NCBI GenBank assembly: GCA_038087875.1
Contig: CM075999.1
Location: 434,001 to 498,000 of the forward strand
Direction: 5' to 3'
DNA length: 64,000 bases
DNA from: Malacoraja senta
Taxonomy: Eukaryota
Under the pieces are notes generated by a model. That model was not told where the DNA came from and did not search any database. It was given only the letters and a program-made list of their open reading frames with translations. Of the stretch, positions 50,101 through 62,100 are shown one piece after another (within the stretch, counting starts at the first letter, position 1; every line of letters begins with the position of its first letter). The position numbers and the translations under genes were made by a program.

Positions 50101-53100
50101 TAACTATTGATTTATAGTCAAGTTCCTTGGTATTTACATATTTAGATCAGGAACAACCAGGCATGATATCCTATAGGATCTGAGAAAGCAAACCTTAAAA
50201 TCATTCACAGTCTTGCTCTTCGGAGCCTGCCTTTGCACAATCACACTGCCTCATTGGTATGACCCACTCTCAAAAGGGTTTTCTTCCTGATAAATGTTCA
50301 AGGAAAGGTAAAAAAAATACCCCATTAAAAAGTTACATTCTTTTTTTAGAAGAATTAAAGTGCTAGAGTAACTCAGCGGGTCAGGCAGCATCACTGGAGA
50401 ACGTGAATGGGTGACATTTCAGCCTGAGATCCTTCTTCAGACTGATTGTGGGGTGGTGGGGGGAGAAGAAAGCTGGAAGAGAAGGGAGGCAGTACAAAGC
50501 AAGTCATTAATAGGTGAACACAGGTGAAGTAGAGTTTGGATACACAGAAGGTTGGACAAAGGCCAGTGACGAAAAAACATAAGGGGTCAGGGAAAAGGAT
50601 TGTAGAGATGCAAATTTGAAGCCAGAAAAAGGAATGTAGATGGAGGGCAAGGGGAAGGAGTTTCATCGGTGCGTGCCCAGGTGTTGTTGTGGTTGATGGG
50701 TTTTTAAAGGTTGCCTAAACTTGAACATTTAAAGTTCTACCTATATTTCTCTGTTTGTTTTCAGATTTCAATGTACAGCCCAATGTCAATGGTGAGTTTG
50801 TATCAAATGCATCAAACAATTGGCACATGTTACATTTGTTCTTCTCCATCTATTGTATAAACTTTGTAGAAATCCAGTCCTGGGAAACAGTTTTTAAACT
50901 CTTTGAAAATCGTGGTACTCACAACATGCTAAATTGCTTACTCTATTTCCACAGTTCCAGTTCCAATCGAGGTAACAAATCCCATTGAATACAACGTGAC
51001 TTTCATTGTTGACAATCTGTCTATTGAAGAAATTCAAGCAAACCCTTCAGAAACAGAAACCATGATTGCAAATGAGGTGAGAGAGTTTACCAATTAGTTT
51101 TCTGCTGATATGGTACTTATTTGTCCCCTTTTTATGTCTCATTCTATCACCATTTTTCTTGCCCTCAGCTCACAGACTTGTTTGAGAACAGCAGTATCAA
51201 TGCAACATTCTTAAAATGTGCTGTGAAATCATTCAGGTAACTTACAATATCTTTCTGATTAATCATGAAAATTGCATTCCTTTGTCTCCAAATTGTTAAT
51301 GCACAGTGATTCCAAATGGTAAAGATGATATTCCCATAAACACATTTCCTACAAATATCAGTGCAAAGTCAATATAAATTCTAACAGAAAAAGACACGAT
51401 GCAGAGAGACAGATGAACTCTGTCTTCAACCCTTGCAGCTGGCTGGTGATCATAGCAAGGGTAGGTGCCGGGATTCACCAGGAGGTGAAATGTGTGGGAA
51501 GGAATGGCAGATGTTAGTTTACACCGAAGATAGACACAAAATGCTGGAGTAACTCAGTGGGACAGGCAGCATCTCTGGAAAGAAGGATAGAAGGATGGGA
51601 AACATCTCCCATTCCTTCTATTCGGAGATGCTGCCTGTCCCGCTTCTATCTTCAGGATTCACCAGTAACCAGGCTTGAGTCGACCGAATAAGATAAAAAA
51701 TCTTTCAACTGAAGTCACTATTACAGTAATGGCGATTTCAGGGAAAAGAGCAATCTTCACAAAAGAAGTGAGATACTGACCACAACGGGTTATTGATTGG
51801 GGACGATCAGCCATGATCACAATGAATGGCGGTGCTGGCTAGAAGGGCCGAATGGCTTCCTCCTTCACCTATTTTCTATGATTCTATGTTTCTATGATGT
51901 GCTCGAGTATCTCAGCGGGTCCGTCGGCATATCTGGAGAACATGGCTTGGCAGAGTTTTGGGTTGGGCCCTTCTCAGACTGATTGCAGTCGGGGTGAGAA
52001 AGCTGCAAGAGAGGTGGAAAGGGGATGACAACGTGTGGCAAGTGATGCGAGGATATAAGTGATGGGGTGGGTGCAGTTGATTGGCAAATGGTTGCTGAAA
52101 TCTCCAGAGATGAAAAGACAAAAGGTTCAATACAGGGAATTAGGCGTAGAAGTCAAATTAATTATGAAATTTGAGGAAGCATAGTGGAAGGGGAGAATGG
52201 AGGGAGGAGACGGGTGGAAGGGAAAGCGGAAAATGGGTGCATATTCAGGTGTAGCACAGGGAAGAGTCGGGGAAATTGATGGGGAAGGGAGGGCATTTGT
52301 AGGTTGACACGTAAAATTGAACAACTCATTTTTCATACAGTTAGTTTGTAGGTCACGTAAAATTATTCATATTGTTAGGCTCCAAACATACACATCAGAT
52401 TATGAGGTGCTTTTCCTCCAGCTTAAATGTGGTCTCCCACTGGCTATCGATCAGGCTCGACACAGACACGTCGATATGGGAATGGGAAGGGGAGTTAAAA
52501 TGTTTTGCAACCAGGAAACCCAGCAGACCTTGGTCGACCCTGCACCTGTGCGGAAAAAAATGTTCACCTAGACGATGCTGGGATATAAAGGAGACCACAT
52601 CTAGAGCAGCAAATGCAGGAGATGGGTTTAGAGACTGGTGTGTGAATTTTAAGAATGAGGGGCACTCTCTCCTGGGTCTGTCTGGGTGAAGGGGATGCAA
52701 GAGCAGAAATATAGGAGACGTGGGTGAGGGATCCATCTGAGACAGCACAGGGTAATCCACGTCTACTAAAAAAAGGACATATCAGATGCATAGAATGGGA
52801 AAGCATCATGGAATCAGATGCGACGGAGATGAATAAACTGAGTATTGGATTTCTCTGACAATTACTTCTACCGCTGTAAAAAGCCACAGCAACATTTCAG
52901 GTGTGCTCTTTCTAACATTGCAACTACTTTGCACTAAATTATTTTTATAAATGTCTTTTGCTTTTTTGCAGAGAGGTCATGGCTAACAGCACCAGAGTGA
53001 CAGCTGATTGTTCATTCCAAAATGTATCCACCATGGAACCCATCAAGCAAGAAGTGGTTTATGATGTATTTAGAGAGAGGACCCATAACATTACTGCACT

Positions 53101-56100
53101 GGGACAATATCCATTGCAAAGCGACAGCCTCCATGTAGAAGGTACTTATCAAAATAATCCTCAATTTTTTTCTATGTATTCTTTTACATGCAATCTACCG
53201 TAGATGTTGACGGAGTCACGTCCTTTGGTAATTACATATTCAGATCCGGGAGGATCAGGTATGATGTCCGATGGGCTTTGGGAAAGTGAATCTTGAAGTC
53301 ATTCATGAAAGTCATCCTGACTAACAGGAGGGAGAAATAGGCGCGAGTCCAGTTGGGTCACCGGAGAGGGAGGTGGGGTGGGGTGCGATTTGTCCGAGGA
53401 TACCTAAAATTGGAAAACTCAAAGTTCATACTGTTGAATGTAAACTGTCTTTGTTTGTTTCTTTGCTTCCAGGTTACACTGTGCCACCCGTTGTCATTGG
53501 TGAGTTTGGGCTTCCATTGAATTGTTTCGGGTTTCTTTGTTTATTCACTGCTTTCATGACTCATCCAGCACCCATATTCTGCAAGAATATTCGTTGAAAC
53601 TCGTGAAATGATGCCTTGCCCTTTGCTCACAAATACAATCTTGATTGAGAAATGAATGAATTGAAAACTTTCCTTGCTGTTCGCAAGGTATTTTTTAACA
53701 AAAGCAATTTTGATACCGATTTCTCTGCCAAAGCTAGATACAATCCACAAATTTTCCAGTCGACATCTTGTGCAGAATTTCGCTCAAATGTATCAAACAA
53801 TTGCCTCAGATCACATTTGTTTTTTTGAGGTGTTGCTCAACTGCGTCAAATTCCATTACAGGGAAACAGTTGTTAAACTATTGAAATATCGTGGTACTTG
53901 CAGCATGCTAAATTACTTCCTCTATTTCCACAGTTCCAGTCGAGGAATCAAATCCCACTACTTACAACGTGATGTTCATTGTTGACAGTCTGTCTATTGA
54001 AGAAATTCAAGACAACCCCTCACAAACAGCAACCATGATTGCATCTGAGGTGAGAGAGTTTACAAGTTAGTTTACTGATGATGTTTTACTTCATCGTACC
54101 CTTTTTATTTCTCATTCTGACTCAATTATTGTTACTGCCTTCAGCTCACCGACCTGTTCGAAAATAGCAGTATCAACACTACATTCTTGACATGTGTTGT
54201 GGAATCCTTCAGGTAACTCAAAATAACTTTCCTATTAAATGATAAAAAAACCATCCTTTAATTTCCAATTGTTAACGCTCAATAATTCCAATTTGCAAAC
54301 GCATTAAACTCATAAGTAAATTTCCCACAAATATCACGTAGAATTAATATAAATTCTACCAGAAAAAAGCACATTGTACTGGAGTCTCCTGGTGAGTCAG
54401 GCAGCAAATCTGTAAACCCTGGCGAGGCAAAGTTTTGTAGTAGGGGGGTCCAGTCGTCAGTTTTTTGGTGACCTGTTACGACTATGACAGTCGCCGGCAG
54501 TCGCCGAAAATATCGCTTAAGTGGGACAGGCCCATATTGCTCTAAGCTACTCCTCGGAATATGAGGTGCTGTTCCTCCAGTTTAAGTGTGGCCTCACTCT
54601 GGAAATGGATGAGGCCCAGGACAGGCAGTTCGGTTTGGGAAAGGAAAGGGGAGTTAAATTGTTTTTGAACCGGGATTTCCAGCAGACCTTGGCCGACTGC
54701 ATGGGTTCGGCGAAAAAGTCACCTAGACACTGTTTGGTCTTGCTAACGTATAGGACACCACATAAGGTGCATCAAATGCAGTAGCTGGTGTTAGTGACAG
54801 GTGGGGTGTAAACTAAGGATGAGGGGAACTCTATCCTTTCTCCGTCTGGGTGAGAGTGATGTGAGAGCAGATCTAGAGGAGATTCGGGTAAGGGATCCAT
54901 CTAAAACAGCCAAGGCTAATCTACTGTTACATTAGAAAGATTACATCTTGGATGTCCTAGAATGGGAAGTCACATCATGGGTGAAGATGGGGCGGAGACG
55001 GACAAATTGAGTCGGATTGCTCCGAACATTGCTTAGACACCAGTAATGAGCCACGGCAACATTTCAGCTGTGCTCTTGCTGGCACTTCAAACATCTTTGC
55101 ACTAAATTATTTTGCACTAAATGTCTTTTGCTTTTTCGCAGAGAGGAAATGGTTAACAGCACCAGAGTGACAGCTAAATGTTCATTCCAAAACGTGTCCA
55201 CCATGGAACCCATCAACCGAGAAGATGTTTATGATGTATTTAGGGAGAAGACCGATGACATTTCCTCACTGGGGCCATACGAACTGCAAAGCTACAGCCT
55301 CTATGTAGACGGTACTTATCAAAATATTCCTTGGTATTTCTCTTCATATTGTATTTGTGCAATCTACGGTAACTATTGATTTATAGTCAAGTTCCTTGGT
55401 ATTTACATATTTAGATCAGGAACAACCAGGCATGATATCCTATAGGATCTGAGAAAGCAAACCTTAAAATCATTCACAGTCTTGCTCTTCGGAGCCTGCC
55501 TTTGCACAAACACACTGCCTCATTGGTATGACCCACTCTCAAAAGCGTTTTCTTCCTGATAAATGTTCAAGGAGAGGTAAAAAAAATACCCCATTAAAAA
55601 GTTACATGCTTTTTTAGAAGAATTAAAGTGCTAGAGTAACTCAGCGGGTCAGGCAGCATCACTGGAGAACGTGAATGGGTGACATTTCAGCCCGAGATCC
55701 TTCTTCAGACTGATTGTGGGGTGGTGGGGGGAGAAGAAAGCTGGAAGAGAAGGGCGGCAGTACAAAGCAAGTCATTAATAGGTGAACACACGTGAAGTAG
55801 AGTTTGGATACACAGAAGGTTGGACAAAGGGTAGAGACAAAAAAAACATAAGGGGTCAGGGAAAAGGATTGTAGAGATGCAAATTTGAAGCCAGAAAAAG
55901 GAATGTAGATGGAGGGCAAGGGGGAGGAGTTTCATCGGTGCGTGCCCAGGTGTTGTTGTGGTTGATGGGTTTTTAAAGGTTGCCTAAACTTGAACATTTA
56001 AAGGTCTACCTATATTTCTCTGTTTGTTTTCAGATTTCAATGTACAGCCCAATGTCAATGGTGAGTTTGTATCAAATGCATCAAACAATTGGCACATGTT

Positions 56101-59100
56101 ACATTTGTTCTTCTCCATCTATTGTATAAACTTTGTAGAAATCCAGTCCTGGGAAACAATTTTTAAACTCTTTGAAAATCGTGGTACTCACAACATGCTA
56201 AATTGCTTATTCTATTTCCACAGTTCCAGTTCCAATCGAGGTAACAAATCCCATTGAATACAACGTGACTTTCATTGTTGACAATCTGTCTATTGACGAA
56301 ATTCAAGCAAACCCTTCAGAAACAGAAACCATGATTGCAAATGAGGTGAGAGAGTTTACCAATTAGTTTTCTGCTGATATGGTACTTATTTGTCCCCTTT
56401 TTATGTCTCATTCTAACACCATTTTTCTTGCCCTCAGCTCACAGACCTGTTTGAGAACAGCAGTATCAATGCAACATTCTTAAAATGTGCTGTGAAATCA
56501 TTCAGGTAACTTACAATATCTTTCTGATTAAATCATGAAAATTGCATTCCTTTGTCTCCAAATTGTTAATGCACAGTGATTCCAAATGGTAAAATGATAT
56601 TCCCATAAACACATTTTCTACAAATATCAGTGCAAAGTCAATATAAATTCTAACAGAAAAAGACACAATGCAGAGAGACAGATGAACTCTGTCTTCAACC
56701 CTTGCAGCTGGCTGGTGATCATAGCAAGGGTAGGTGCCGGGATTCACCAGGAGGTGAAATGTGTGGGAAGGAATGGCAGATGTTGGTTTACACCGAAGAT
56801 AGACACAAAATGCTGGAGTAACTCAGTGGGACAGGCAGCATCTCTGGAAAGAAGGATAGAAGGATGGGAAACATCTCCCATTCCTTCTATTCGGAGATGC
56901 TGCCTGTCCCGCTTCTATCTTCAGGATTCACCAGTAACGAGGCTTGAGTCAACCAAATAAGATAAAAAATCTTTCAACTGAAGTCACGATTACAGTAATG
57001 GCGATTTCAGGGAAAAGAGCAATCTTCACAAAAGAAGTGAGATACTGACCACAACGGGTTATTAATTGGGGACGATCAGCCATGATCACAATGAATGGCG
57101 GTGCTGGCTAGAAGGGCCGAATGGCCTCCTCCTTCACCTATTTTCTATGTTTCTATGTTTCTATGATGTGCTCGAGTATCTCAGCGGGTCCGTCGGCATA
57201 TCTGGAGAACATGGCTTGGCAGAGTTTTGGGTTGGGCCCTTCTCAGACTGATTGCAGTCGGGGTGAGAAAGCTGCAAGAGAGGTGGAAAGGGGATGACAA
57301 CGTGTGGCAAGTGATGCGAGGATATAAGTGATGGGGAGGGTGCAGTTGATTGGCAAATGGTTGCTGAAATCTCCAGAGATGAAAAGACAAAAGGTTCAAT
57401 ACAGGGAATTAGGCGTAGAAGTCAAATTAATTATGAAAGTTGATGAAGCATAGTGGAAGGGGAGAATGGAGGGAGGGGACGGGTGGAAGGGAAAGCAGAA
57501 AATGGGTGCATATTCAGGTGTAGCACAGGGAAGAGTCGGGGGAAATTGATGGGGAAGGGGGGCATTTGTAGGTTGACACGTAAAATTGAACAACTCATTT
57601 TTCATACAGTTAGTTTGTAGGTCACGTAAAATTATTCATTTTGTTAGGCTCCAAACATACACATCAGATTATGAGGTGCTTTTCCTCCAGCTTAAATGTG
57701 GTCTCCCACTGGCTATCGATCAGGCTCGACACAGACACGTCGATATGGGAATGGGAAGGGGAGTTAAAATCTTTTGCAACCGGGAAACCCAGCAGACCTT
57801 GGTCGACCCTGCACCTGTGCGGAAAAAAATGGTCACCTAGACGATGCTGGGACTTGCCGATATAAAGGAGACCACATCTAGAGCAGCAAATGCAGGAGAT
57901 GGGTTTTGAGACTGGTGTGTGAATTTTAAGAATGAGGGGCACTCTCTCCTGGGTCAGTCTGGGTGAAGGGGATGCAAGAGCAGAAATATAGGAGACGTGG
58001 GTGAGGGATCCATCTGATACAGCACAGGGTAATCCACGTCTACTAAAAAAAGGACAAATCAGATGCCTAGAATGGGAAAGCATCATGGAATCAGATGCGA
58101 CGGAGATGAATAAACTGAGTATTGGATTTCTCTGACAATTACTTCTACCGCTGTAAAAAGCCACAGCAACATTTCAGATGTGCTCTTTCTAACATTGCAA
58201 CTACTTTGCACTAAATTATTTTTATAAATGTCTTTTGCTTTTTTGCAGAGAGGTCATGGCTAACAGCACCAGAGTGACAGCTGATTGTTCATTCCAAAAT
58301 GTATCCACCATGGAACCCATCAAGCAAGAAGTGGTTTATGATGTATTTAGAGAGAGGACCCATAACATTACTGCACTGGGACAATATCCATTGCAAAGCG
58401 ACAGCCTCCATGTAGAAGGTACTTATCAAAATAATCCTCAATTTTTTTCTATGTATTCTTTTACATGCAATCTACCGTAGATGTTGACGGAGTCACGTCC
58501 TTTGATAATTACATATTCAGATCCGGGAGGATCAGGTATGATGTCCGATGGGCTTTGGGAAAGTGAATCTTGAAGTCATTCATGAAAGTCATCCTGACTA
58601 ACAGGAGGGAGAAATAGGCACGAGTCCAGTTGGGTCACCGGAGAGGGAGGTGGGGTGGGGTGCGATTTGTCCGAGGATACCTAAAATTGGAAAACTCAAA
58701 GTTCATACTGTTGAATGTAAACTGTCTTTGTTTGTTTCTTTGCTTCCAGGTTACACAATGCAGCCCGTTGTCATTGGTGAGTTTGGGCTTCCATTGAATT
58801 GTTTCGGGTTTCTTTGTTTATTCACTGCTTTCATGACTCATCCAGCACCCATATTCTGCAAGAATATTCGTTGAAACTCGTGAAATGATGCCTTGCCCTT
58901 TGCTCACAAATACAATCTTGATTGAGAAATGAATGAATTGAAAACTTTCCTTGCTGTTCGCAAGGTATTTTTTAACAAAAGCAATTTTGATACCGATTTC
59001 TCTGCCAAAGCTAGATACAATCCACAAATTTTCCAGTCGACATCTTGTGCAGAATTTCACTCAAATGTATCAAACAATTGCCTCAGATCACATTTGTTTT

Positions 59101-62100
59101 TTTGTGGTGTTGCTCAACTGCGTCAAATTCCATTACAGGGAAACAGTTGTTAAACTATTGAAATATCGTGGTACTTGCAGCATGCTAAATTACTTCCTCT
59201 ATTTCCACAGTTCCAGTCGAGGAATCAAATCCCACTACTTACAACGTGATGTTCATTGTTGACAGTCTGTCTATTGAAGAAATTCAAGACAACCCCTTAC
59301 AAACAGCAACCATGATTGCATCTGAGGTGAGAGAGTTTACAAGTTAGTTTACTGATGATGTTTTACTTCATCGTACCCTTTTTATTTCTCATTCTGACTC
59401 AATTATTGTTACTGCCTTCAGCTCACCGACCTGTTCGAAAATAGCAGTATCAATACTACATTCTTGACATGTGTTGTGGAATCCTTCAGGTAACTCAAAA
59501 TAACTTTCCTATTAAATGATAAAAAAAACCATCCTTTAATTTCCAATTGTTAACGCTCAATAATTCCAATTTGCAAACGCATTAAACTCATAAGCAAATT
59601 TCCCACAAATATCACGTAGAATTAATATAAATTCTACCAGAAAAAAGCACCATGTACTGGAGTCTCCTGGTGAGTCAGGCAGCAAATCTGTAAACCCTGG
59701 CGAGGCAAAGTTTTGTAGTAGGGGGGTCCAGTCGTCAGTTTTTTGGTGACCTGCTACGACTATGACAGTCGCCGGCAGTCGCCGAAAATATCGCTTAAGT
59801 GGGACAGGCCCATATTGCTCTAAGCTACTCCTCGGAATATGAGGTGCTGTTCCTCCAGTTTAAGTGTGGCCTCACTCTGGAAATGGATGAGGCCCAGGAC
59901 AGACAGTTCGGTTTGGGAAAGGAAAGGGGAGTTAAATTGTTTTTGAACCGGGATTTCCAGCAGACCTTGGCCGATTAGACGGGTTCGGCGAAAAAGTCAC
60001 CAAGACACTGTTTGGTCTTGCTAACATATAGGACAACACATAAGGTGCATCAAATGCAGTAGCTGGTGTTAGTGACAGGTGGGGTGTAAACTAAGGATGA
60101 GGGGAACTCTATCCTTGCTCCGTCTGGGTGAGAGTGATGTGAGAGCAGATCTAGAGGAGATTCGGGTAAGGGATCCATATAAAACAGCCAAGGCTAATCT
60201 ACTGTTACATTAGAAAGATTACATCTTGGATGTCCTAGAATGGGAAGTCACATCGTGGGTGAAGATGGGGCAGAGACGGACAAATTGAGTCGGATTGCTC
60301 TGAACATTGCTTAGACACCAGTAATGAGCCACGGCAACATTTCAGCTGTGCTCTTGCTGGCACTTCAAACATCTTTGCACTAAATTATTTTGCACTAAAT
60401 GTCTTTTGCTTTTTCGCAGAGAGGAAATGGTTAACAGCACCAGAGTGACAGCTAAATGTTCATTCCAAAACGTGTCCACCATGGAACCCATCAACCGAGA
60501 AGATGTTTATGATGTATTTAGGGAGAAGACCGATGACATTTCCTCACTGGGGCCATACGAACTGCAAAGCTACAGCCTCTATGTAGACGGTACTTGTCAA
60601 AATATTCCTTGGTGTTTCTCTTCATATTGTATTTGTGCAATCTACGGTAACTATTGATTTATAGTCAAGTTCCTTGGTATTTACATATTTAGATCAGGAA
60701 CAACCAGGCATGATATCCTATAGGATCTGAGAAAGCAAACATTAAAATCAGTCACAGTCTTGCTCTTCGGAGCCTGCCTTTGCACAAACACACTGCCTCA
60801 TTGGTATGACCTACTCTCAAAAGGGTTTACTTCCTGATAAATGTTCAAGGAGAGGTAAAAAAAATACCCCATTAAAAAGTTACATGCTTTTTTAGAAGAA
60901 TTATTGTGCTAGTGTAACTCACGGATAAGGCAGCATCACTGGAGAACGTGAATGGGTGACATTTCAGCCCGAGATCCTTCTTCAGACTGATTGTGCGGTG
61001 GAGGGGGGAGAAGAAAGCTGGAAGAGAAGGGAGGCAGTACAAAGCAAGTCATTAATAGGTGAACACAGGTGAAGTAGAGTTTGGATACACAGAAGGTTGG
61101 ACAAAGGCCAGAGACGAAAAAACATAAGGGGTCAGGGAAAAGGATTGTAGAGATGCAAATTTGAAGCCAGAAAAAGGAATGTAGATGGAGGGCAAGGGGA
61201 AGGAGTTTCATCGTGCGTGCCCAGGTGTTGTTGTGGTTGATGGGTTTTTAAAGGTTGCCTAAACTTGAACATTTAAAGTTCTACCTATATTTCTCTGTTT
61301 GTTTTCAGATTTCAATGTACAGCCCAATGTCAATGGTGAGTTTTTATCAAATGCATCAAACAATTGGCACATGTTACATTTGTTCTTCTCCATCTATTGT
61401 ATAAACTTTGTAGAAATCCAGTCCTGGGAAACAGTTTTTAAACTCTTTGAAAATCGTGGTACTCACAACATGCTAAATTGCTTACTCTATTTCCACAGTT
61501 CCAGTTCCAATCGAGGTAACAAATCCCATTGAATACAACGTGACTTTCATTGTTGACAATCTGTCTATTGAAGAAATTCAAGCAAACCCTTCAGAAACAG
61601 AAACCATGATTGCAAATGAGGTGAGAGAGATTACCAATTAGTTTACTGCTGATATGGTACTTATTTGTCCCCTTTTTATGTCTCATTCTAACACCATTTT
61701 TCTTGCCCTCAGCTCACAGACCTGTTTGAGAACAGCAGTATCAATGCAACATTCTTAAAATGTGCTGTGAAATCATTCAGGTAACTTACAATATCTTTCT
61801 GATTAAATCATGAAAATTGCATTCCTTTGTCTCCAAATTGTTAATGCACAGTGATTCCAAATGGTAAAGATGATATTCCCATAAACACATTTCCTACAAA
61901 TATCAGTGCAAAGTCAATATAAATTCTAACAGAAAAAGACACGATGCAGAAAGACAGATGAACTCTGTCTTCAACCCTTGCAGCTGGCTGGTGATCATAG
62001 CAAGGGTAGGTGCCGGGATTCACCAGGAGGTGAAATGTGTGGGAAGGAATGGCAGATGTTGGTTTACACCGAAGATAGACACAAAATGCTGGAGTAACTC

